Of a stretch of 13,295 nucleotides of DNA, positions 1-7,892 are shown piece by piece. Source of the DNA: a virus (Duplodnaviria; Heunggongvirae; Uroviricota; Caudoviricetes). A program made the position numbers and the translations under genes. How positions within the stretch are numbered: the stretch's first letter is position 1; every line of letters begins with the position of its first letter. Location: IMG/VR virus record IMGVR_UViG_2671180603_000006, one strand, 5' to 3'. The notes below the pieces were generated by a model. That model ran no database searches. It saw only the letters and a program-made list of their open reading frames with translations, and had not been told where the DNA came from.

Positions 1-1
1 G

Positions 2-109
2 GCGAATTACCGTCTTATATCACTGGCGCTGACATCTCCGGATGACGGGGGCAGCTGTTATCTCTGGCTCAACCGTGGGCAACCACCCGCAGTTAACCGG
101 CGACGATAA
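2..109 (+). CDS. FII: head-tail joining / tail attachment protein FII, 3' end only (5' partial, runs off window start)
   Basis: Frame 2 translates to ...SPDDGGSCYLWLNRGQPPAVNRRR* (stop TAA 107-109), matching my recollection of the lambda gpFII C-terminus (...PDDGGSCHLWLGRGVPPAVNRRR). Immediately precedes Z as in lambda. Confidence 0.6.
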   Translation, partial: ANYRLISLALTSPDDGGSCYLWLNRGQPPAVNRRR

Positions 110-123
110 ACGCAGGGTGAATT

Positions 124-699
124 ATGGCGATAAAAGGGCTTGATCAGGCGATTGACAATCTGAGCCGGGTTCGTAAAAACGCCATTCCGGCTGCTTCTGC
201 AATGACCATTAACCGCGTGGCCACAACGGCGATTAATCAGTCTTCGTCACAGGTTGCCCGGGAAACCAGGGTGAGACGGAAACTGGTAAAGGAACGGTCC
301 AGACTGAAACGGGCGACGGTCAGAAATCCGAATGCCAGAATTATCGTTAACCGCGGTGATCTCCCTGTGATTAAGCTGGGGATCAGAATGCTGGGGCGTC
401 GTCCGAACAGCATACTCAAAGCCGGTCAGCATCGTTATCAGCGGGCATTTATCCAGCGATTAAATAATGGGCGCTGGCATGTTATGCAACGTCTTCCCCA
501 GGCCAGATATGAGGAGGGCAATGACGACAAGGGAAGGAAAAAGCGTAATCGCCTTCCCATTCAGGTGGTGAAAATCCCGATGGCGGCCCCACTGAAACAG
601 GCATTTGATGAGAATGTTGACCGTATCCGGCGTGAACGCCTGCCTAAAGAACTGGCATACGCGCTGAAACAACAACTGAGGATTGCGATAAAACGATGA
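124..699 (+). CDS. Z: tail completion protein Z (minor tail protein Z)
   Basis: 191 aa ORF; N-terminus MAIKGLDQAIDNLSRV... and C-terminus ...[25 protein letters not shown] closely resemble lambda gpZ (192 aa). SD AGGGTGA upstream of ATG. Stop overlaps U start (ATGA). Confidence 0.9.
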   Translation: MAIKGLDQAIDNLSRVRKNAIPAASAMTINRVATTAINQSSSQVARETRVRRKLVKERSRLKRATVRNPNARIIVNRGDLPVIKLGIRMLGRRPNSILKAGQHRYQRAFIQRLNNGRWHVMQRLPQARYEEGNDDKGRKKRNRLPIQVVKIPMAAPLKQAFDENVDRIRRERLPKELAYALKQQLRIAIKR

Positions 700-1091
700 A
701 ACACACTGACATTCGTGCCGCAGTGCTGGATGCACTCGAGCAGCATGAACACGGGGCGACGCTGTTTGATGGTCGCCCCGTTGTTTTTGACGAAGAGGAT
801 TTTCCTGCGATCGCGGTTTATCTGACGGATGCAGAGTATACCGGTGAAGAGCTGGATGCAGATACCTGGCGGGCCACACTGCATATTGAGGTGTTTTTAC
901 CGGCACAGGTACCTGATTCGGAGCTCGATCAGTGGATGGAAAGCCGGATTTATCCGGCGATGACTGCGATCCCTGCACTGGCAGGACTGATTACCACGAT
1001 GGTTACGCAGGGCTATGAGTATCGTCGTGATGACGATATGGCGTTATGGAGCTCTGCGGATCTGACTTATTCCATTACATACGAGATGTGA
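696..1091 (+). CDS. U: tail terminator protein U (tail tube terminator)
   Basis: 131 aa, same length as lambda gp[29 protein letters not shown]...[11 protein letters not shown] is nearly collinear with lambda gpU. Start overlaps Z stop (ATGA). Confidence 0.93.
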   Translation: MKHTDIRAAVLDALEQHEHGATLFDGRPVVFDEEDFPAIAVYLTDAEYTGEELDADTWRATLHIEVFLPAQVPDSELDQWMESRIYPAMTAIPALAGLITTMVTQGYEYRRDDDMALWSSADLTYSITYEM

Positions 1092-1098
1092 GGACGAT

Positions 1099-1851
1099 AT
1101 GGCAACACCAAATCCCCTGGAGCCGGTAAAAGGTGCCGGTACCACTCTGTGGGTTTACAACGGCAAGGCTGATGCTTATGCAAACCCGTTGTCAGACGAT
1201 GACTGGCAGCGACTGGCTAAGGTGAAGGATCTGACGCCGGGCGAGATGACGGCTGAATCCTATGATGATAACTACCTGGATGATGAAGACGCGGACTGGA
1301 GCGCGACCGGGCAGGGGCAGAAATCTGCAGGTGATACCAGTTTTACGCTGGCCTGGAAACCGGGAGAGGAAGGCCAGAAAGGGCTTATAGGCTGGTTTGA
1401 AAGCGGCGATGTCCGGGCCTATAAAATCCGTTTTCCGAATGGCACGGTGGATGTGTTTCGTGGCTGGGTCAGCAGTATCGGTAAGGCCGTGACGGCGAAA
1501 GAAGTGATCACCCGCACGGTGAAAGTCACTAACGTGGGTAAACCTTCTGTAGCGGAAGAACGCAGCAAAATTACGCCGGTCAGTGCGATTAAGGTGACGC
1601 CGACATCCGGTACGGTGGCAAAAGGGAAAACAACCACCCTGACGGTTTCTTTTGAGCCGGAAAGTGCAACCGACAAGACGTTCAGAGCGGTTTCCGCCGA
1701 TCCGTCGAAAGCCACCATTAGTGTGAAAGATATGACAATTACGGTAAACGGCGTGGCGACAGGTAAGGTGCAGATCCCTGTGGTGAGCGGAAATGGTCAG
1801 TTCGCCGCAGTGGCTGAAGTCACCGTTACTGAAGCGGGCGCTGCAGGGTAA
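1099..1851 (+). CDS. V: major tail tube protein V with C-terminal Ig-like (Big_2-type) domain
   Basis: 250 aa; ...[10 protein letters not shown]...[31 protein letters not shown]...[39 protein letters not shown]... matches lambda gpV; the C-terminal ~90 aa resemble the lambda gpV Ig-like domain. SD GAGGA upstream. Confidence 0.95.
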   Translation: MATPNPLEPVKGAGTTLWVYNGKADAYANPLSDDDWQRLAKVKDLTPGEMTAESYDDNYLDDEDADWSATGQGQKSAGDTSFTLAWKPGEEGQKGLIGWFESGDVRAYKIRFPNGTVDVFRGWVSSIGKAVTAKEVITRTVKVTNVGKPSVAEERSKITPVSAIKVTPTSGTVAKGKTTTLTVSFEPESATDKTFRAVSADPSKATISVKDMTITVNGVATGKVQIPVVSGNGQFAAVAEVTVTEAGAAG

Positions 1852-1864
1852 ACGGAGGTAATAC

Positions 1865-2296
1865 ATGTTTCTGAAAACAGAACAATTTGAATATAACGGT
1901 GTGTCTGTCACGCTTTCCGAATTGTCTGCGCTGCAGCGTATCGAGCATCTTGCCCTCCTGAAACGGCGTGCAGAACAGGCAGAATCCAGCGGCAACCTGC
2001 AGGTAAGCGTGGAAGATCTCGTCAGAACCGGCGCGTTTCTGGTGGCGATGTCCCTGTGGCATAACCATCCACAGAAAACGCAGTCACCGTCAATGAATGA
2101 GGCCGTGATGAAGATAGAGCAGGAAGTGCTCACCACCTGGCCTGCCGATGCCATTGCCCGGGCGGAAGACGTGGTGTTGTGCCTGTCCGGGATGATCGAA
2201 GCTGTTCGTCCGGATACTGATATTACTGAAGTGGCGAAAAATAACACGCTGACTGATGATGATTTTTCTGCGGGAAAGTCTTCGACGGCGAGCTGA
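1865..2296 (+). CDS. G: tail assembly chaperone G (zero-frame product)
   Basis: 143 aa; MFLKTEQFEYNGVSVTLSELSALQRIEHLALLKRRAEQAE... matches lambda gpG. SD GGAGG upstream. Slippery heptamer near the 3' end. Confidence 0.93.
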   Translation: MFLKTEQFEYNGVSVTLSELSALQRIEHLALLKRRAEQAESSGNLQVSVEDLVRTGAFLVAMSLWHNHPQKTQSPSMNEAVMKIEQEVLTTWPADAIARAEDVVLCLSGMIEAVRPDTDITEVAKNNTLTDDDFSAGKSSTAS

Positions 2297-2736
2297 ACTT
2301 TGCCCTCAGACTGGCGCGTGAGATGGGGAGACCCGACTGGCGCGCCATGCTTGCCGGGATGACATCCACCGAATATGCCGACTGGCACCGTTTTTACCGC
2401 ACGCATTATTTTCAGGATACCCAGCTGGATATGCATTTTTCCGGGCTGACGTACGCTGTACTCAGCCTGTTTTTTTGCGATCCGGATATGCATCCCTCTG
2501 ATTTCAGTCTGCTTGTCCCCCGGCATGAGGAAGAGCAGGTGGAGAGGCCGGATGAGGACAAAATGCTGATGCAGAAAGCGGCAGGACTTGCCGGAGGCGT
2601 CCGGTTCGGTGGGGACGGAGGGCGCGATATTTTATCGTCTGCGGATGTGGCGGATGTCATGGTGGATGATGCCGCATTAATGATGGCTTCAGCGGGGATT
2701 CCGGGAGGTGTGAGATATGTCCCAGCCGGTTGGTGA
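1865..2736 (+). CDS. T: tail assembly chaperone G-T fusion made by programmed -1 ribosomal frameshift at 2272-2278; the T segment continues in the -1 frame to the stop at 2734-2736
   Basis: The -1 frame ORF (listed 2323..2736, MGRPDWRAMLAGMTSTEYADWHRFY...GIPGGVRYVPAGW) matches lambda gpT and is open back to the slippery site; its offset from the G frame is consistent with a -1 shift at G GGA AAG (2272-2278), the classic lambda G/GT arrangement. Confidence 0.85.
2272..2278 (+). promoter_or_regulatory. -1 programmed ribosomal frameshift slippery heptamer G GGA AAG (G to G-T)
   Basis: Sequence gcGGGAAAGtc lies in the G zero frame as GCG|GGA|AAG, 6 codons before the G stop; identical heptamer and position to the lambda G-T frameshift site. 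Confidence 0.8.
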
Positions 2737-5290
2737 TCTTGTTATTGACCTGAGTCTGGATGCTGTCCGTTTCGATGAGCAGATGAGCCGGGTAAGGCGT
2801 CATTTTTCAGGTCTGGATACCGACGCCAGAAAAACCGCCAGTGCTGTTGAACAGGGCCTGAGCCGCCAGGCGCTGGCTGCACAAAAAGCCGGGATTTCCG
2901 TCGGGCAGTATAAAGCGGCCATGCGAACCCTGCCCGCACAGTTTACGGATATCGCCACGCAGCTTGCCGGTGGTCAGAATCCCTGGCTGATCCTGCTGCA
3001 ACAGGGCGGTCAGGTGAAGGACTCCTTCGGCGGGATGATCCCCATGTTCAGGGGGCTTGCCGATGCGATCACCCTGCCGATGGTCGGGGTCACCTCGCTG
3101 GCGGTGGCGACAGGTGCACTGGTGTACGCCTGGTACCAGGGAGATTCCACGCTTTCAGCGTTTAATAAAACCCTGGTTCTTTCCGGTAATCAGTCCGGAC
3201 TGACTGCCGATCGTATGCTGACTCTCTCAAGAGCCGGGCAGGCAGCAGGGCTGACGTTTAACCAGGCGAGAGAGTCACTGGCAGCCCTGGTGAATGCCGG
3301 TGTGCGTGGTGGTGAACAGTTTGATGCCATCAACCAGAGTGTCGCGCGTTTTGCGTCTGCATCCGGTGTGGAGGTGGATAAAGTCGCTGAAGCCTTCGGG
3401 AAGCTGACCACTGACCCGACGTCGGGACTGATGGCGATGGCGCGCCAGTTCCGTAACGTGACGGCAGAGCAGATTGCGTATGTTGCACAGCTGCAGCGTT
3501 CCGGAGACGAGGCCGGGGCATTGCAGGCGGCGAACGATATCGCCACGAAAGGCTTTGATGAGCAGACCCGTCGCCTGAAAGAAAACATGGGAACACTGGA
3601 GACCTGGGCGGATAAAACAGGGAAGGCATTCAAATCGATGTGGGATGCCATTCTGGATATCGGTCGTCCGGAATCCTCAGCGGATATGCTCGCCAGTGCG
3701 CAGAAGGCATTTGATGAGGCGGATAAAAAATGGCAGTGGTACCAGAGTCGGAGCCAGCGCCGCGGTAAAACCTCCTCTTTCCGGGCCAACCTTCAGGGCG
3801 CATGGGATGACCGGGAAAATGCCCGTCTGGGTCTGGCAGCGGCAACGCTGCAGTCGGATATGGAAAAAGCCGGTGAACTGGCGGCAAGGGACAGGGCTGA
3901 GCGTGAGTCGTCACAGCTGAAGTATACCGGAGAGGCGCAGAAGGCGTATGAGCGCCTGCTGACGCCACTGGAGAAATATACCGCCCGGCAGGAAGAGCTG
4001 AATAAGGCCCTGAAAGACGGGAAAATCCTGCAGGCGGATTACAACACGCTGATGGCGTCGGCAAAAAAGGATTATGAGTCGACGCAGAAAAAGCCGTCCG
4101 GTGTGAAGGTGTCTGCCGGTGAGCGCCAGGAAGACCAGGCGCATGCAGCCCTGCTGGCGCTTGAAACTGAGCTCAGGACGCTGGAGAAGCACAGCGGTGC
4201 GAATGAAAAAATCAGCCAGCAGCGCTGTGATTTATGGAAAGCGGAAAATCAGTATGTGGTCCTGAAAGAGGCCGCCACGAAACGGCAGTTATCTGAGCAG
4301 GAAAAATCCCTGCTGGCCCATGAGAAAGAAACGCTGGAGTACAAACGCCAGCTGGCTGAGCTGGGCGACAAGATTGAACACCAGAAACGGCTGAATGAGC
4401 TGGCACAGCAGGCGGCGCGGTTTGAACAGCAGCAGAGCGCGAAGCAGGCGGCAATCAGCGCAAAAGCCCGCGGACTCACCGACCGTCAGGCGCAGCGGGA
4501 GTCGGAAGAGCAGCGCCTTCGTGAGGTGTACGGTGATAATCCGGCTGCGCTGGCGAAGGCCACATCTGCACTGAAGAACACCTGGTCTGCGGAGGAGCAG
4601 CTTCGTGGAAGCTGGATGGCCGGGATGAAGTCCGGCTGGGGCGAGTGGGCGGAAAGTGCGACGGACAGTTTTTCGCAGGTTAAAAACGCGGCCACGCAGA
4701 CCTTTGACGGTATTGCACAGAATATGGCAGCGATGCTGATCGGCAGCGAACAGAACTGGCGTGGTTTCACCCGTTCTGTGCTGTCCATGCTGACAGAGAT
4801 TTTTCTGAAGCAGGCGATGGTGGGGATAGTCGGGAGTATCGGCAGCGCCATTGGCGGTGCTTTCGGTGGTGGTGCGTCTGCCTCCACGGGGACGGCCATT
4901 CAGGCTGCGGCGGCGAACTTCCATTTCGCGACCGGGGGATTTACGGGGACGGGGGGTAAATATGAACCTGCGGGGATTGTTCATCGCGGGGAGTTTGTCT
5001 TCACGAAGGAGGCGACCAGCCGGATTGGTGTCGGCAATCTGTACCGCCTGATGCGGGGCTATGCGGAAGGTGGTTATGTCGGCGGTGCCGGAAGTCCGGC
5101 GCAGATGCGGCGGGCGGAAGGCATTAATTTTAATCAGAACAATCACGTGGTGATTCAGAACGACGGCCCCAACGGGCGGGCAGGGCCGCAGCTGATGAAA
5201 GCGGTGTATGAGATGGCCCGCAAGGGGGCACAGGATGAACTCCGGCTGCAGTTGCGTGATGGCGGTATGTTATCAGGGAGCGGTGGATGA
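2717..5290 (+). CDS. H: tail tape measure protein H
   Basis: 857 aa (lambda gpH is about 853 aa); N-terminus MSQPVGDLVIDLSLDAVRFDEQMSRVRRHFSG..., central coiled-coil-like region and C-terminus ...GKYEPAGIVHRGEFVFTKEATSRIGVGNLYRLMRGYAEGGYVG... match lambda gpH. Overlaps the T 3' end by 20 nt; SD GGGAGGTG. Confidence 0.95.
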   Translation: MSQPVGDLVIDLSLDAVRFDEQMSRVRRHFSGLDTDARKTASAVEQGLSRQALAAQKAGISVGQYKAAMRTLPAQFTDIATQLAGGQNPWLILLQQGGQVKDSFGGMIPMFRGLADAITLPMVGVTSLAVATGALVYAWYQGDSTLSAFNKTLVLSGNQSGLTADRMLTLSRAGQAAGLTFNQARESLAALVNAGVRGGEQFDAINQSVARFASASGVEVDKVAEAFGKLTTDPTSGLMAMARQFRNVTAEQIAYVAQLQRSGDEAGALQAANDIATKGFDEQTRRLKENMGTLETWADKTGKAFKSMWDAILDIGRPESSADMLASAQKAFDEADKKWQWYQSRSQRRGKTSSFRANLQGAWDDRENARLGLAAATLQSDMEKAGELAARDRAERESSQLKYTGEAQKAYERLLTPLEKYTARQEELNKALKDGKILQADYNTLMASAKKDYESTQKKPSGVKVSAGERQEDQAHAALLALETELRTLEKHSGANEKISQQRCDLWKAENQYVVLKEAATKRQLSEQEKSLLAHEKETLEYKRQLAELGDKIEHQKRLNELAQQAARFEQQQSAKQAAISAKARGLTDRQAQRESEEQRLREVYGDNPAALAKATSALKNTWSAEEQLRGSWMAGMKSGWGEWAESATDSFSQVKNAATQTFDGIAQNMAAMLIGSEQNWRGFTRSVLSMLTEIFLKQAMVGIVGSIGSAIGGAFGGGASASTGTAIQAAAANFHFATGGFTGTGGKYEPAGIVHRGEFVFTKEATSRIGVGNLYRLMRGYAEGGYVGGAGSPAQMRRAEGINFNQNNHVVIQNDGPNGRAGPQLMKAVYEMARKGAQDELRLQLRDGGMLSGSGG

Positions 5291-5616
5291 AAACCTTTCG
5301 CTGGAAAGTGAAGCCGGATATGGAGGTGAACTCGCAGCCATCGGTGCGTGAAGTGCGTTTTGGTGACGGGTACTCACAGCGTATGGCGGCAGGGCTGAAT
5401 GCTGACCTGAAAACATACAGGGTGACGCTTTCCGTGACCCGGGAGGAGGCCCGGCATCTGGAAGCGTTCCTGGCAGAGCACGGTGGCTGGAAGGCATTTT
5501 TGTGGAAGCCACCCTATGCATACCGGCAGATAAAGGTGACCTGTGCCGGGTGGTCTGCGCGGGTCGGGATGTTGCGCGTTGAGTTCAGCGCGGAGTTTAA
5601 GCAGGTGGTGAACTGA
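5287..5616 (+). CDS. M: minor tail protein M (tail tip assembly)
   Basis: 109 aa, same as lambda gpM; MKTFRWKVKPDMEV...GDGYSQR...FLWKPPYAYRQIKVTCAGWSARVGMLRVEFSAEFKQVVN. ATGA overlap with the H stop. Confidence 0.93.
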   Translation: MKTFRWKVKPDMEVNSQPSVREVRFGDGYSQRMAAGLNADLKTYRVTLSVTREEARHLEAFLAEHGGWKAFLWKPPYAYRQIKVTCAGWSARVGMLRVEFSAEFKQVVN

Positions 5617-6314
5617 TGCAGGATATTCGCGAAGAAAGTCTGAACGAGTCGGTTAAGTCAGAGCAGTCACCGCGGGTGGTACTCTGGGAAATCGACCTGA
5701 CGGTACAGGGTGGTGAGCGGTATTTTTTCTGTAATGAGCTGAATGAAAAAGGGGAGCCGGTCACCTGGCAGGGGCGTAAGTATGAGGCATACCCGATTGA
5801 CGGCAGCGGCTTTGAGATGAACGGCCGGGGCAGCAGTGCCAGACCGTCGCTGACGGTGTCCAATCTGTTCGGTCTGGTCACCGGGATGGCGGAAGACCTG
5901 CAGAGTCTGGTGGGGGCCACGGTGGTCCGCCGCCGGGTGTATGCCCGTTTTCTGGATGCGGTGAATTTCGTTGCGGGCAATCCGGAGGCGGACCCGGAGC
6001 AGGAGCTGAGTGACCGCTGGGTGGTGGAGCAGATGTCGCAGCTGACAGCCATGACGGCCTCGTTTGTGCTGGCTACACCGACCGAGACGGACGGGGCGCT
6101 GTTTCCCGGTCGCATCATGCTGGCGAACACCTGTATGTGGGATTACCGGGGAGATGAATGCGGGTATAACGGTCCTGCGGTGGCGGATGAGTTCGACAAC
6201 CCCACCACGGATATCCGTAAGGACAGATGCAGCAAGTGCATGCGCGGGTGTGAACTGCGCAGGAATGTCGGCAATTTTGGCGGTTTCCTTTCCATTAATA
6301 AACTTTCGCAGTAA
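5616..6314 (+). CDS. L: minor tail protein L (tail tip, with C-terminal Cys cluster consistent with an Fe-S site)
   Basis: 232 aa, same as lambda gpL; ...SPRVVLWEIDLTVQGGERYFFCNELNEKGEPVTWQGRKYEAYPIDGSGFEMNG...; C-terminal cysteines (CMWDYRGDEC...CSKCMRGC) as in lambda gpL. TGATG overlap with the M stop. Confidence 0.93.
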   Translation: MQDIREESLNESVKSEQSPRVVLWEIDLTVQGGERYFFCNELNEKGEPVTWQGRKYEAYPIDGSGFEMNGRGSSARPSLTVSNLFGLVTGMAEDLQSLVGATVVRRRVYARFLDAVNFVAGNPEADPEQELSDRWVVEQMSQLTAMTASFVLATPTETDGALFPGRIMLANTCMWDYRGDECGYNGPAVADEFDNPTTDIRKDRCSKCMRGCELRRNVGNFGGFLSINKLSQ

Positions 6315-6324
6315 ATCCCGGTTT

Positions 6325-7068
6325 ATGACACAGACTGAATCAGCGATTCTGGCACATGCCCGGCGGTGTGCGCCTGCGGAGTCGTGCGGCTTCGTGATAA
6401 GCACGCCGGAGGGGGAGCGGTATATCCCTTGTGTGAATATTTCCGCAGAGCCGGAGGCGTATTTTCGTATCGCACCGGAAGACTGGCTGCGGGCAGAGAT
6501 GCAGGGGGAGATTGTGGCACTGGTCCACAGTCATCCCGGTGGGCTGCCCTGGCTGAGCGAGGCTGACCGGCGGTTGCAGATAAAAAGCGCACTGCCCTGG
6601 TGGTTGGTCTGCCGGGGTGACATTCACAAATTCCGCTGTGTGCCACATCTGACAGGACGGCGCTTTGAGCACGGGGTGACGGACTGTTACACGCTGTTCC
6701 GGGATGCTTATCATCTGGCGGGGACTGAAATGCCGGATTTTCATCGCGAGGATGACTGGTGGCGCAACGGTCAGAACCTTTACCTGGACAATATGGCGGT
6801 CACCGGCTTTTACCGGGTGCCCCTGTCCTCTGCACAGGCGGGCGATATTCTGCTGTGCTGCTTTGGTGCTTCGGTACCGAACCATGCCGCCATTTACTGC
6901 GGCAACGGTGAGCTGCTTCACCATCTGCCTGAACAACTGAGTAAACGGGAGAGGTATTCCGAAAAATGGCAACGACGAACGCATTCAGTCTGGCGTCACC
7001 GCCACTGGCACGCATCTGCCTTCACGGGGATTTACAACGATTTGGCCGCCGCCTCAGCCTGTATGTGA
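6325..7068 (+). CDS. K: tail tip assembly protein K (JAB/MPN metalloprotease-like plus NlpC/P60-like domains)
   Basis: Start chosen at ATG 6325 (MTQTESAILAHARRCAPAESCGFV...), matching the lambda gpK N-terminus; the listed 334 aa ORF from 6064 is an upstream in-frame extension overlapping L. JAMM-type motif HSHPGGLPWLSEAD (H-x-H-x7-S-x2-D) is present. Confidence 0.9.
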   Translation: MTQTESAILAHARRCAPAESCGFVISTPEGERYIPCVNISAEPEAYFRIAPEDWLRAEMQGEIVALVHSHPGGLPWLSEADRRLQIKSALPWWLVCRGDIHKFRCVPHLTGRRFEHGVTDCYTLFRDAYHLAGTEMPDFHREDDWWRNGQNLYLDNMAVTGFYRVPLSSAQAGDILLCCFGASVPNHAAIYCGNGELLHHLPEQLSKRERYSEKWQRRTHSVWRHRHWHASAFTGIYNDLAAASACM

Positions 7069-7646
7069 ACACGGCAGCGGAAGCCATTCGCGCCCTGTCG
7101 ATGCAGATGCCGGGCTTTCGCCGTCAGATGAACGAAGGCTGGTACCAGATACGTATTGCCGGTTATGACACGGCACCGGAGGCGGTGTACGCCCGTCTTC
7201 ACGAACAGCTGGGTGAGGGAACGGTCATCCACATTGTGCCGCGACTGGCCGGGGCCGGAAAGGGTGGACTGCAGATTGTGCTGGGGGCGGCAGCCATCGT
7301 GGGCTCTTTCTTCACTGCCGGGGCATCAATGGCGTTATGGGGTTCAGCCCTGGCAGCCGGTGGTTTTTCTGCCACCACGATGCTGTTTTCACTTGGAGCC
7401 AGCATGATTCTGGGCGGTGTGGCCCAGATGCTGGCCCCGAAGGCAAAAACACCGGATTACCGCGCAACGGATAACGGCAGACAGAACACGTACTTTTCCT
7501 CACTGGATAACATGATTGCCCAGGGGAACCCGATGCCGGTGCCTTACGGGGAAATGCTGGTTGGCTCCCGCCGTATATCCCAGGACATCAGCACCCGTGA
7601 TGAAGGCGGGGGCGGAAAGGTCGTGGTTATCGGGCGGCAGGGGTAA
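6966..7646 (+). CDS. I: tail assembly protein I
   Basis: 226 aa; ...ARICLHGDLQRFGRR...GWYQIRIAG...QIVLGAAAIVGSFFTAG...KQNTYFSSLDNMIAQGN... matches lambda gpI. Overlaps the K 3' end by about 100 nt as in lambda; SD GGGAGAGG. Confidence 0.9.
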   Translation: MATTNAFSLASPPLARICLHGDLQRFGRRLSLYVNTAAEAIRALSMQMPGFRRQMNEGWYQIRIAGYDTAPEAVYARLHEQLGEGTVIHIVPRLAGAGKGGLQIVLGAAAIVGSFFTAGASMALWGSALAAGGFSATTMLFSLGASMILGGVAQMLAPKAKTPDYRATDNGRQNTYFSSLDNMIAQGNPMPVPYGEMLVGSRRISQDISTRDEGGGGKVVVIGRQG

Positions 7647-7691
7647 AAAGAATAAAAAAATCCCGCAGTGATCGCGGACAGGAACTGCGGG
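7647..7691 (-). terminator. intrinsic (Rho-independent) terminator for a leftward transcript
   Basis: On the minus strand: stem CCCGCAGT / ACTGCGGG (+ coordinates 7662-7669 and 7684-7691) followed by AUUUUUUUAUUCUUUUU (complement of the + strand A-run 7645-7661). The U-tract abuts/overlaps the I stop codon. No U-tract in the + orientation. Confidence 0.55.
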
Positions 7692-7752
7692 AGAGTTACG
7701 AAGATTAAGTGTAAGGAATTATTCTTATATCACGACAAAAAAATTAACGCAG
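7647..7752 (-). ncRNA. candidate ~100 nt small RNA (promoter to terminator unit) in the I-J intergenic insertion
   Basis: Minus-strand TTCACA-N16-TATAAT promoter (7757-7784) with predicted TSS near 7750, running to the intrinsic terminator at 7647-7691. No ATG and no SD-preceded ORF inside the predicted transcript; AU-rich 5' body. Inferred from sequence signals only. Confidence 0.3.
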
Positions 7753-7756
7753 AGAA

Positions 7757-7784
7757 ATTATACGCGCCACAGTCAGTTTGTGAA
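7757..7784 (-). promoter_or_regulatory. candidate sigma70 promoter (minus strand): -35 TTCACA, 16 nt spacer, -10 TATAAT
   Basis: Minus strand reads ttttCACAaactgactgtggcgcgTATAATttctctGcg; perfect -10 hexamer (+ coordinates 7757-7762), 5/6 match -35 (7779-7784), spacer 16. Confidence 0.4.
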
Positions 7785-7857
7785 AATGTGAAGATATTCA
7801 GAATTTTTATGCCATTACCGGTTTTAACCAACAGGATTATCGGTGGGCATGAAAGAA

Positions 7858-7892
7858 AACCCCGGTATCTGCTGATACCGGGGTTTCTCTTT
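7858..7892. terminator. bidirectional terminator-like hairpin between the sRNA candidate and J
   Basis: Perfect 12 bp stem AACCCCGGTATC / GATACCGGGGTT (7858-7869 and 7874-7885) with a 4 nt loop; T-rich on the + side (TCTCTTT) and on the minus side (TTTTCTTTC). Confidence 0.45.

Noticed and set aside
1192..2526. 444 aa minus-strand ORF antisense to V, G and T
   Set aside because: It lies wholly antisense to three well-conserved tail genes, has an Arg/Cys/His-rich low-complexity composition typical of spurious antisense frames in GC-rich coding DNA, and has no recognisable RBS or family resemblance.
6064..6324. Upstream extension of the K ORF to 6064 (334 aa)
   Set aside because: The extension overlaps the 3' end of L in another frame and is absent from lambda gpK; ATG 6325 reproduces the conserved K N-terminus MTQTESAILAH.
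7693..7857. A + strand sRNA ending at the 7858-7892 hairpin
   Set aside because: I could not find a convincing + strand -35/-10 pair upstream (candidate hexamers have poor spacing or sequence), so only the minus-strand unit is reported.
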